64,000 bases of DNA from Candidatus Avelusimicrobium sp. GTDB lineage: Bacteria; Elusimicrobiota; Elusimicrobia; Elusimicrobiales; Elusimicrobiaceae. Shown in pieces: positions 19,601 through 26,537 of the stretch (its first letter is position 1; each line of letters opens with the position of its first letter). The DNA lies in NCBI RefSeq assembly GCF_050873505.1, contig NZ_JBNMIY010000002.1:138930-202929 (forward strand). The letters run 5' to 3'. Made by a program: the position numbers and the translations under genes. The notes below the pieces were generated by a model. The model ran no database searches. It was not told the origin of the DNA and worked only from the letters and a program-made list of their open reading frames with translations.

Positions 19601-19793
19601 TGGTGTTATTATTCAAGCGACGCAAAGCCTTAAAGGCAATATCCGTAAGGATGTACTGGTTCAAATTATGCTGGCGCAGGGCCCGCACATCATTGCAGGA
19701 AAGATAAGTATAACCCATATTCACCAGTTGAATAAGGGCAGGTATTTGGCTGGAATTAGCCTCGTCCAAGTCCGGCAAGTGATAAAAGTTCAT
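16638..19793 (-). CDS. hsdR: Type I restriction enzyme, R subunit
   Basis: 1051 aa with helicase motifs TQGSGKSLTM and VLVDEAHRTQ, and an N-terminal nuclease-type region. Confidence 0.92.
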   Translation of the reverse strand: MNFYHLPDLDEANSSQIPALIQLVNMGYTYLSCNDVRALRQHNLNQYILTDIAFKALRRLNNNTISDQSIYKALADLEKPRLDDGVIKASEYIYTTLVAGCGVQEFINGKTQSPQLKFIDFEHPQNNAFHVAAEFEITEGSNRRPDIVLFVNGIPLAVIENKKPSVPVKEAVVQMLRNQQGSQVPKFFLYPQILIATNREDFKYGTMLTPASFYSEWKLRGTDEQVQEVRNNAFASQNHAVDTATLATIGQDLLRSHFKQTEIPLNAQNTGLYALLEPVHLLDIVKNFIVYDNNIKKIARYQQYYAIKSTLSRIKTIQDGKRKGGLIWHTQGSGKSLTMVMLVKNLIEIIQHPRIIVVTDRTQLDEQIRDTFAACNIKKDVVQASSADHLKRLIKEKSPHVITTLIHKFAEMKKPLYVDNDPDIFVLVDEAHRTQGGIGREKMIQMLPNACVLGFTGTPLLKKDKPTSIAQFGGLIDAYTISEAQADGAVLPLIYQGLFVEQQASEAMDAFFNQIVEPLTKEQKAQLARKFVNSKIIEETSQRIEMIALDVRKHFIKNFQGTGLKAQAVLPSKYAAICFKEALDLLGGIKSAVIISDTPNAEDDDSLPEHKRAIAQFLDKQKHMFGSLERYEQTQINSFKKDPDGCELLIVVDKLLTGFDAPVNTALYLAKQLKDHNLLQAIARVNRIYEGRPGKQIKVNGFIFDYSKNAKNLKNALELFSNFDEKDVAKALLNTEEKIAYLEQVYQALLDTFKTVKDKDNYEEYIALLKENEERRKKFYEQVNTLINELNVCRMLPDFYEKCPKRLDTITQDLKRFIEIKKIAQTVMAEKVDFSKYQDQIRKILDKYVAAQEVELLSKPINLSDAMEFNRFIEDDKNGLSDRSKAEAIAAQTQKTISERWDQDPIFYDRFSRQVQVLLADLRTAKQEDLQALLDRTKNLQGEVENYEDKDIPLSIQERKEVHPYYRLLKKELKAHLGEAELIQIATHLVDIINKERKVDWKDSIEVKRTVRDQMEDYFFDEIKGKMNVPLTVEFIESFIENTWNLAIKND

Positions 19794-19810
19794 AGTTATT
19801 TTTTCCCCCC

Positions 19811-21067
19811 TTATTTTAATCTTATTTTTCCGGTTAGAAGCACCTGCATAAGGCCTTTTTTCTGCGCTTCCAACTTGGCTTGTTTTTGTTTGAGTAAATC
19901 TATTTCCTTATCCGCCGAAGACAAAACTGCTGCTATGGCTTGTTGTTCTCTTTTACTTGATGGAAATTTTATTTTTATACTCGATAAAATTTCAAAATCA
20001 ACAGTAGAACGAACACTGCCTTGGGCAGAGTTAGCAACTTTTGTAAGAAATGTTGTATCTTGGATGAGAAATTTAAAATAAAGTAAATCTATTTCTTGAC
20101 TACATTTAAAAACAACATACATCGGACTCAAAAGTCCTGCGATATAAGCATCTAATAAGGCAATTGACCCTACATTTATTCTTGAAGGATTGTAGGCAAA
20201 ATTCCCTTTATGTACAATTTTATAATTAGAAAGGTCTTTTCCTGCTACTCGTTTTGAAAAATGTTCATCGGCTCGTACAATGCCACGAGTATTTGTTACA
20301 CTTAAAATTGGGTAACAGTTTTCTCCTCGGTTGCGCTCATTTATTTGTATTAACAAATTTTCTAATTTTTTTATTATCCACTTATCAGTAAAACCTTTAA
20401 GACGGCGGTTGCCGGACAAAAGTTGCTGCATAAGATACTTCTTTTGCAGTTCTTTTTGTTCAATTAATTTTTTTACCAACTCTATGCCCTTATCCCAGCA
20501 CTCCAACACCTCCACAATCCGCCGTTGTTCCTCCATCGGCGGAAGAAAGAACTTTACTTTTTCGATAAGTGGGAAATTAATAGAAAAAACTTTTGTTCCC
20601 TGAGATATTGCCCGTAACCTTTTAATAACTACTGGGTGTTTAAACAGATAAGGGCCAAATTTAGACACAATACTATTTTTATTAAGTGGACGTAAGGCTA
20701 TGGTATGCAGTCCTGCTACTATTTTTTTATTTTTAATGCTATTTATTTCAATAGCCTTTGCTACTCCGTCATAGTCCTCCGATGCATCCACTACAATAAT
20801 ATCGCCCTGTTGTAAAAAATAATTTTCAATATTAGAAATTTTTTTTGTATTTAATAAGTAAGATATTGGTGTATCTGAATTAATTATTTCTGGCAACATC
20901 TGGGTATGAATATCCCCATAGTGGATATATCCATAATTCTGCTCTTTTTTTGTCAAAAACTCCCGTGGTAAACTTAAATTACCCACTACAGAATAAAACT
21001 CCTTTAATGGATACAAACGCCAACCATTAGATATATTATTTGTTTTGGTATTCATATTAAAAGCCAT
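19811..21067 (-). CDS. hsdS: Type I R-M specificity subunit with two target-recognition domains
   Basis: The central helix LPPMEEQRRIVEVLE and the C-terminal helix EQQAIAAVLSSADKEIDLLKQKQAKLEAQKKGLMQVLLTGKIRL are conserved. The start is uncertain: TTG at 21079, ATG at 21067 or ATG at 21055. The gene looks AT-rich by eye. Confidence 0.85.
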   Translation of the reverse strand: MAFNMNTKTNNISNGWRLYPLKEFYSVVGNLSLPREFLTKKEQNYGYIHYGDIHTQMLPEIINSDTPISYLLNTKKISNIENYFLQQGDIIVVDASEDYDGVAKAIEINSIKNKKIVAGLHTIALRPLNKNSIVSKFGPYLFKHPVVIKRLRAISQGTKVFSINFPLIEKVKFFLPPMEEQRRIVEVLECWDKGIELVKKLIEQKELQKKYLMQQLLSGNRRLKGFTDKWIIKKLENLLIQINERNRGENCYPILSVTNTRGIVRADEHFSKRVAGKDLSNYKIVHKGNFAYNPSRINVGSIALLDAYIAGLLSPMYVVFKCSQEIDLLYFKFLIQDTTFLTKVANSAQGSVRSTVDFEILSSIKIKFPSSKREQQAIAAVLSSADKEIDLLKQKQAKLEAQKKGLMQVLLTGKIRLK

Positions 21068-21782
21068 TTTTTTGAGCAAATTTATACCAACCAGTAAAGC
21101 GATAGTCTAATTCACACAACTTTACAAAACTTATAACAAAAAGTATAGCCATAAACCAAGGGAAAACGCATAAATATTGCAAAAAGCCCGCTTTCTCACA
21201 GAGTTCTAATCCAATTACAATAAGAATAGCACAAACCATAAAATGTACAAATAGCAAAAAAGCAATTTCCCACCAAGGATGGCACAAAATAGAAATTCTT
21301 TTAGTATTAGTAATTCCGGCACCACAACAACTACACTGAATATCTTGTGAATACTGAGATGTATGGAATATTTGAAAAAGCCAAGAGTCTCCAGGATTTA
21401 AATAATGAAATTTAATAAAGACCTTTTCTTGATTTTCAGAAATAGATAAATTATATATATTTTTGGTATCAGTATTATTAATGCAGTCTATACGTAAAAT
21501 TTTATTTCCTTTACTAATAGATATATAAAATTCATTTTTAGCAATATCAGATTTTTTTACTATATGTTGACTGTTATTTACTAGTAATAATTTAGAAACA
21601 GATAAAGTACTTATCGGTTGTTTCTTGTACAAAATTTGTATATCTTGGATTCCTATTTTAACAGGCAGGACTAAAGTTTCCGTTCGGCAAAGATAGAGAA
21701 TTTCTCCCCGATACTTATTTTGTATAGTGGTTATAATACATCCAATAATCAATGTTCCAATATATGAAATGAGTTGTAACAT
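21057..21782 (-). CDS. Hypothetical AT-rich membrane protein embedded between hsdM and hsdS
   Basis: A 241-aa ORF lying 13 nt after hsdM and abutting or overlapping the hsdS start. It has an N-terminal TM helix and 2-3 C-terminal TM helices. I recognise no family. Confidence 0.65.
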   Translation of the reverse strand: MLQLISYIGTLIIGCIITTIQNKYRGEILYLCRTETLVLPVKIGIQDIQILYKKQPISTLSVSKLLLVNNSQHIVKKSDIAKNEFYISISKGNKILRIDCINNTDTKNIYNLSISENQEKVFIKFHYLNPGDSWLFQIFHTSQYSQDIQCSCCGAGITNTKRISILCHPWWEIAFLLFVHFMVCAILIVIGLELCEKAGFLQYLCVFPWFMAILFVISFVKLCELDYRFTGWYKFAQKNGF

Positions 21783-21795
21783 TCTTCTTTTCCTA

Positions 21796-23292
21796 TTATT
21801 TCAAAATTTCCTTCAAATACTTTTGCATTTGGGCTTCCACCGTTTTTAGTTCGCCGTCTATGCGGGCAATTTCCTTTTGCACTGCGGCAATATCCACGGG
21901 TGGCTCTTCTTCAAAGGTATCCACATAGCGCGGAATATTGAGGTTAAAGTCGTTCTCTTCTATCTCTTTTAAGGTAGCCAAGTGGGAATATTTTTCTATC
22001 TCTTGGCGTTTTACATAGGTATTAAAAATCTTGCTGATGTTTTCATCCGTCAGTTCGTTTTGCGCCTTAGCAGGCTTAAACTCCCGGCTCGCATCAATAA
22101 ACAGCACATCCCGGCGGGCTTCGTTTTTTCCCCCCGGCTCGCGACTACGGTCAAAAATCAAAATGGCTACGGGAATACTGGTAGTTGTAAACAAATTGGC
22201 TGGCAGGCCGATTACGGCGTCTAACAGGTTTTCTTTAATAAGTGCGGTGCGGATGATGCCCTCTTTCCCGCCTCGGAACAAAACTCCGTGGGGCACAATC
22301 ACCGCCACGCGGCCGGATTTGGGCTTAGCGGTTTCCACCATATGGCTGATAAAGGCATAATCGCCCTTGCTGGCGGGCGGCATTCCACGGAAAAAACGGT
22401 TGTATTTATCGTTTTCCAGGTGTTTTTCCCCCCATTTATCCAAACTGAAAGGCGGATTGGCTACCACTACATCAAACTTCATTAATTGGTCATTTTCCAG
22501 GAGTAGCGGGTTATTTAGCGTGTCGCCCCACTCCAAGCGTGCCGAGTCCTTTCCGTGCAAATACATATTGATGCGGGCCAAGTTGTAGGTAGAACCTGTT
22601 TTTTCTTGCCCGTAAAGGGCGTAATCTTTGGAACCTTGGGCTTCCACCTCTTCCCCTGCCAGCAGCAAGAGCGAGCCGGAACCCATTGCCGGGTCGCAAA
22701 TGCGGTCGCCGGGCTTGGGCTGGGCCAGTTTGGCCAGTAATTTAGCCACTTGGCGCACGGTAAAAAATTCCCCCGCCTTTTTGCCTGCATCACTGCCAAA
22801 GCGCTCAATCAAAAACATATAAGAGTTGCCCAAAATATCATCCTGCACATCTGTTAAATCCAAGGTGTAAAAATCTTGGATTAGCAGGCGGAGCATTTTA
22901 TTCTTTTGGGTCAAATCGCCCAGTGATTGGGAATTGAAATCCGCTAAGAAGAGGTTATCCAAACGGCCTTGGTTGGCGGTTTCAATGGCGTGCAAGGCTT
23001 GGTTAATAATCTCGCCAATGTTATCTTTATTTTGTTGCTCGTAAATATCGTAAAAACTGGCTCCGTCCGGGATACAAAAGCGGGAGTTCTTCATTTTCAG
23101 GGCAATGCGTTCTTTGTCATTGCCATAGCGGGCAATCAGTTTTTCGCGCTCTTGTTTGTGCAAGTCGCTGATGTATTTATAGAACAAGAAGGCCAAAATA
23201 TAATCCTTAAAAACACTACTGTCCACCGTACCGCGCGACGAATTTGCCGCCGCCCAAAGTTTATCGTTTATTTCCTGTTGCGTGTATTTCAT
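21796..23292 (-). CDS. hsdM: Type I R-M N6-adenine DNA methyltransferase subunit
   Basis: Contains the AdoMet motif DPAMGSGSLLL and the catalytic motif VVANPPFS. Confidence 0.93.
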   Translation of the reverse strand: MKYTQQEINDKLWAAANSSRGTVDSSVFKDYILAFLFYKYISDLHKQEREKLIARYGNDKERIALKMKNSRFCIPDGASFYDIYEQQNKDNIGEIINQALHAIETANQGRLDNLFLADFNSQSLGDLTQKNKMLRLLIQDFYTLDLTDVQDDILGNSYMFLIERFGSDAGKKAGEFFTVRQVAKLLAKLAQPKPGDRICDPAMGSGSLLLLAGEEVEAQGSKDYALYGQEKTGSTYNLARINMYLHGKDSARLEWGDTLNNPLLLENDQLMKFDVVVANPPFSLDKWGEKHLENDKYNRFFRGMPPASKGDYAFISHMVETAKPKSGRVAVIVPHGVLFRGGKEGIIRTALIKENLLDAVIGLPANLFTTTSIPVAILIFDRSREPGGKNEARRDVLFIDASREFKPAKAQNELTDENISKIFNTYVKRQEIEKYSHLATLKEIEENDFNLNIPRYVDTFEEEPPVDIAAVQKEIARIDGELKTVEAQMQKYLKEILK

Positions 23293-23301
23293 TAAAAACT
23301 C

Positions 23302-23871
23302 CTATAAATGGGTAGATAAGGCCTCTAATAATTTTAACTGCAAATTAAATTTTTTTGTCTGCAAGTTATGCTGCGTTATACAACAAGTGTACAAATTTGC
23401 TAACTGCTTTTGTTGCTCAATCGGCGGCAACGGAATAGCAAGAGTGGCTAAATCCTCTTTTTTAAGGGATTTGAGCGTGGAAAAGGCGTTCGTTCGCTCT
23501 TGCAAGGCCCGCTGCCCGGCTGATGAGTTTAGCCAAAAGGTCAAAAACGGAGCATATAATTGGCTGGATTTTACACGGATTATCCATATAGCCGAGGATG
23601 CCAAACAGGGTGTGGTTGGCAGGCCAGCGCAAGTGGCGGCCTTAAAATGGACGCGGTTTGTCAGCAAAATATCTTGTTCCCGTAAAAGGGTGATACTTTT
23701 GGATAATTTTATGTTAAGGCGTTGCAAAGCGGTAAAGTCCTGCACCCACACATTTTGCGGCTGAACCCAATAAATCTTCCCGGCGGTGCCCACTTTTGAG
23801 ACATCCCGCAAAGAATAGCCGCTATAAATATCAGCCAGTTTAGAAAGGTAAATTTTATTTTCGTTATCCAT
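23302..23871 (-). CDS. Half-size HsdS-like specificity protein (single TRD plus one conserved helix)
   Basis: 189 aa. The C-terminal PLPPIEQQKQLANLY...LQLKLLEAL resembles an HsdS conserved region. It ends 9 nt upstream of hsdM. Confidence 0.7.
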   Translation of the reverse strand: MDNENKIYLSKLADIYSGYSLRDVSKVGTAGKIYWVQPQNVWVQDFTALQRLNIKLSKSITLLREQDILLTNRVHFKAATCAGLPTTPCLASSAIWIIRVKSSQLYAPFLTFWLNSSAGQRALQERTNAFSTLKSLKKEDLATLAIPLPPIEQQKQLANLYTCCITQHNLQTKKFNLQLKLLEALSTHL

Positions 23872-23879
23872 TATTAAAT

Positions 23880-23908
23880 AATGTAATAATTAAACTAGAA
23901 ATTGTCAA
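23880..23908 (-). promoter_or_regulatory. Candidate promoter of the R-M operon: TTGACA, 17-nt spacer, TACATT
   Basis: On the minus strand, TTGACA occupies 23908-23903 and TACATT occupies 23885-23880. The -10 lies only ~8 nt from the ATG at 23871, so the mRNA would be near-leaderless. Confidence 0.3.
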
Positions 23909-24009
23909 GGCCTAGGATTTGTATAGGTCTTTTGTGTAGAGGGATAACTTTGGCAAATTGGTTGTTTAAAGAGAAAAAACGGAGAAAATCGGGGCTTAAA
24001 TGTCTTATT

Positions 24010-24049
24010 TGCAAAACTCCCCGTTAGCATTTTCACACTAACGGGGAGT
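24010..24049 (-). terminator. Intrinsic terminator after the 24071-24709 gene
   Basis: A 12-bp stem ACTCCCCGTTAG/CTAACGGGGAGT is followed by a T-run on the minus strand. Confidence 0.7.
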
Positions 24050-24070
24050 TTCATAAATACCAATTTAATT

Positions 24071-24709
24071 TTACCGTACCGCCAAGGGTACATAAGACCC
24101 TTGCAACAGCGGGCTGTATTGCAAATTAGCAGGTTTGTTGTAATTGAGGAACAAGACCTGGCTTTCCGTATCTACCACAATAGACAAGGTGCGGTTGCGT
24201 TCGTCCTTGGGGTTTTTTAAGGTAAGCAAAATGGCTCTTTTGTATTGGGCCGCCTGATATGGATAGGCCTTGCCTTTAAAAAACTCAATAAAATACGCCA
24301 CGGCGTCTTTGGGCATATAGCAAAAATCGCGCACGTCAATCGCGGTTAATTTATAGTGATGAAAGATTTTATTTTCTCTGGCCGCGCGGGTAAGCACCGT
24401 ATAAGAGGTACGGCAAGCCTGCGTAAAGACAGAGGGGCGCGTAGCGGCCAATTTGGAAAAGAAATCCGATAAACGGTTTTCCTCGTAAGAGTTGGCGCGT
24501 GCCTTTACGATAGCGCGAGAAACGGAAGCCCCCAGCGGGCCGTTGGCTCTATTCATATTTTGGTGAGCCTTTAAAATGGCATTTTGCCAAGAAATATAAT
24601 GAAGATGTTGTTTAGCCACGCGCTTAGGTGCGTGGCTGGCATTGGCTACTCCGGCCATACAAAGCGATAAAACCAGCAGGCATACAGCAGATATTTTCTT
24701 ATAATTCAT
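24071..24709 (-). CDS. Secreted hypothetical protein, paralog of 29649-30242
   Basis: The ATG at 24709 is preceded by GGAGAAAAAA. The signal peptide is MNYKKISAVCLLVLSLCMAGVANA. It shares blocks with the other copy (RDFC, Y/QYxxAILL, C-terminal PL.VR/LPLR). Confidence 0.7.
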   Translation of the reverse strand: MNYKKISAVCLLVLSLCMAGVANASHAPKRVAKQHLHYISWQNAILKAHQNMNRANGPLGASVSRAIVKARANSYEENRLSDFFSKLAATRPSVFTQACRTSYTVLTRAARENKIFHHYKLTAIDVRDFCYMPKDAVAYFIEFFKGKAYPYQAAQYKRAILLTLKNPKDERNRTLSIVVDTESQVLFLNYNKPANLQYSPLLQGSYVPLAVR

Positions 24710-24763
24710 TTTTTTCTCCTTAAAATCCATTGTACTAATTGAAATGCTTTACGGCAAGGTGTT

Positions 24764-25465
24764 TTAATGGACCGGGTGCAAAACGAGTTCTTCCAGTTCG
24801 GCTTGGTCCTCGTCCGCCAGCGGGGCGGGCTCGTTTAGCCCGAAGTTTTTTAGCATATTTAGCGGATAGGTTAGATATTGGTTTAAGAATCGGCGGCAAA
24901 CACTGTTGCACTTGGATAGAGAAAGCAAATCTTCCGGCTCCGAAAACACGAGCGAGGAAAGTTCGTCCTCGTGCATACGCCGCCAAAATTCGGCCGAAAT
25001 TTTAAGCACAGGTCTTTCCAACCCAAAGCCCGCCAAGGTCATTAAGCGCAAGGTAAACGCCGCCGCAAAGGCGGAATTGACCTCGCCATATTCCAACTCG
25101 GTCAGGGCGGAAAGTAAGAGTTCATACTTATCTTCACTCGGCTGGTGCAAGGGGGTTAAACGCTGCATCAGTTCGCAAAAGTGCATTGCAAGCGTAGTGC
25201 GCTTTAAATCTTGGCGGATATGCGGGAAAATAGAGTTGATTTTACCGCCCGTAACCGTGCCAATCGTCCCGCCACGGCGTACATAAAAGCGGTAGTCGGC
25301 ACAGGCAAAGGGTTCGCTAATGGCCTTTAATTTGCCCGTTGCACGCAAAACCCCGGGCAGGCGCGCGTTTAGACGCCCGTGTTCGCGGGTATAGAGCGAA
25401 ACAATGCGGTCCGCTTCCCTAAATTCCTGGCGGAAGAGAATAATGCCCGAGTCGGTAAATATCAT
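24764..25465 (-). CDS. recO: DNA repair protein RecO
   Basis: The N-terminus MIFTDSGIILFRQEFREADRIVSLYTREHGRL aligns with the RecO N-terminus as recalled from B. subtilis. An alternative ATG lies at 25477. Confidence 0.85.
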   Translation of the reverse strand: MIFTDSGIILFRQEFREADRIVSLYTREHGRLNARLPGVLRATGKLKAISEPFACADYRFYVRRGGTIGTVTGGKINSIFPHIRQDLKRTTLAMHFCELMQRLTPLHQPSEDKYELLLSALTELEYGEVNSAFAAAFTLRLMTLAGFGLERPVLKISAEFWRRMHEDELSSLVFSEPEDLLSLSKCNSVCRRFLNQYLTYPLNMLKNFGLNEPAPLADEDQAELEELVLHPVH

Positions 25466-25555
25466 TATGTACAGCATAGCATTTTTTTAGGGGTTGCATA
25501 CAGCCCTAGGATATGGGATAATATAAAAGGTCCGGCCGGAAAATTTTATAAACGG

Positions 25556-25585
25556 TTGGAAAAATTTTGCAATAAAAGATATAAT
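25556..25585 (+). promoter_or_regulatory. Candidate sigma70 promoter of the rpmH operon: TTGGAA, 18-nt spacer, TATAAT
   Basis: TTGGAA at 25556-25561 and TATAAT at 25580-25585. The leader to rpmH would be ~95 nt. Confidence 0.45.
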
Positions 25586-25682
25586 ATCTGTAAGTTTCAT
25601 ACAGAAACGATTTTAAATTAATAACAGGAGATACGTTTTTTCCAGTTCGGTTTCCGGGCCAGAATTAACGTATAAGATAAAA

Positions 25683-25823
25683 ATGTTACCGACATACAGA
25701 CCTAATAAAAGAAGACGTGCCAAACACATCGGATTCCGCGCCAGAATGGCTACCGCCGGTGGTAGAAAAGTATTAAGCGCCCGCAGAGCCAAAGGCCGCC
25801 ACGAATTAATCAGAGCCGCCTAA
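25683..25823 (+). CDS. rpmH: 50S ribosomal protein L34
   Basis: Too short for the ORF track. Manual translation gives [46 protein letters not shown]. Confidence 0.93.
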   Translation: MLPTYRPNKRRRAKHIGFRARMATAGGRKVLSARRAKGRHELIRAA

Positions 25824-25828
25824 GCGCT

Positions 25829-26206
25829 ATGACGCCTTACGGTCTGCCGCGAAGTAGCCGCCTGCACCTTAAAAGAGATTTTAAGGCTGTTATCCAAGGC
25901 GGCGCAAAATTGCAGTACCCAGGATTGGTACTGTGGTGGCGGTCCGGCCCGGAGAATACCCGGCCGGCCCGTTTTGCGGTAGTGGTATCCCGTAAATTGG
26001 GGCCTGCGGTTGTGCGCAACCGTACCAAAAGACTGTTAAGAGAAGCGTTCAGACTGAGTAGAAAAGACATCAAGCCGGGGACGGATATTGTCGTCAGCCC
26101 CCGCAACAGCGAAAAATTACCAACTGTACAAGCAGCGCAAGACGCGCTCACGTTACTATGCGGCAAGGCCGCTTTACTTTTGTCCTCTTCAGATAATTTG
26201 CCGTAA
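25829..26206 (+). CDS. rnpA: Ribonuclease P protein component
   Basis: Lies directly after rpmH. The segment [25 protein letters not shown] is the RnpA signature region. Confidence 0.9.
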   Translation: MTPYGLPRSSRLHLKRDFKAVIQGGAKLQYPGLVLWWRSGPENTRPARFAVVVSRKLGPAVVRNRTKRLLREAFRLSRKDIKPGTDIVVSPRNSEKLPTVQAAQDALTLLCGKAALLLSSSDNLP

Positions 26207-26222
26207 TCCTATTGAGGGACAT

Positions 26223-26459
26223 ATGAATCAGTTTTCGCTCGTGTGTAAAAAATTTTTACTTTTACTGCTCAATTTGTTTATGTTGCTGGTGCGGCCTTTT
26301 TTGGGTCCGCGCGGGGTGTGCCGTTTCACACCCACTTGCAGCCAATACGCAAAGCAGGCGATTGTGAAATATGGCGCGTTTAAAGGTGGCTATTTAGCAC
26401 TCAAACGGGTGCTCAAATGCCATCCCTTGCATCCGGGCGGCTACGACCCGATTCCTTAA
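26223..26459 (+). CDS. yidD: Membrane protein insertion efficiency factor YidD
   Basis: The internal ATG at 26223 gives MNQFS...[46 protein letters not shown]. Confidence 0.9.
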   Translation: MNQFSLVCKKFLLLLLNLFMLLVRPFLGPRGVCRFTPTCSQYAKQAIVKYGAFKGGYLALKRVLKCHPLHPGGYDPIP

Positions 26460-26537
26460 ACGCGGTTTTCTACCTATCACGCTTCCTCTTATCCGGCCGT
26501 CCGGCGCGCCGGGCGGTTTTGCCACAAGAGGAGTTTT

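Noticed and set aside
19811-23871. A phase-variable hsdS shufflon formed by the half-hsdS and the full hsdS.
   Set aside because: Both S genes are in the same orientation, I noticed no inverted repeats between them, and no site-specific recombinase gene is nearby. Recombination between them would delete hsdM.
25478-25682. A replication origin next to rpmH, which is the usual dnaA-rpmH neighbourhood.
   Set aside because: There is no dnaA gene in the window (recO is the neighbour) and no cluster of TTATCCACA-like boxes. Isolated near-matches occur only inside coding regions (for example near 20385 and 46095).
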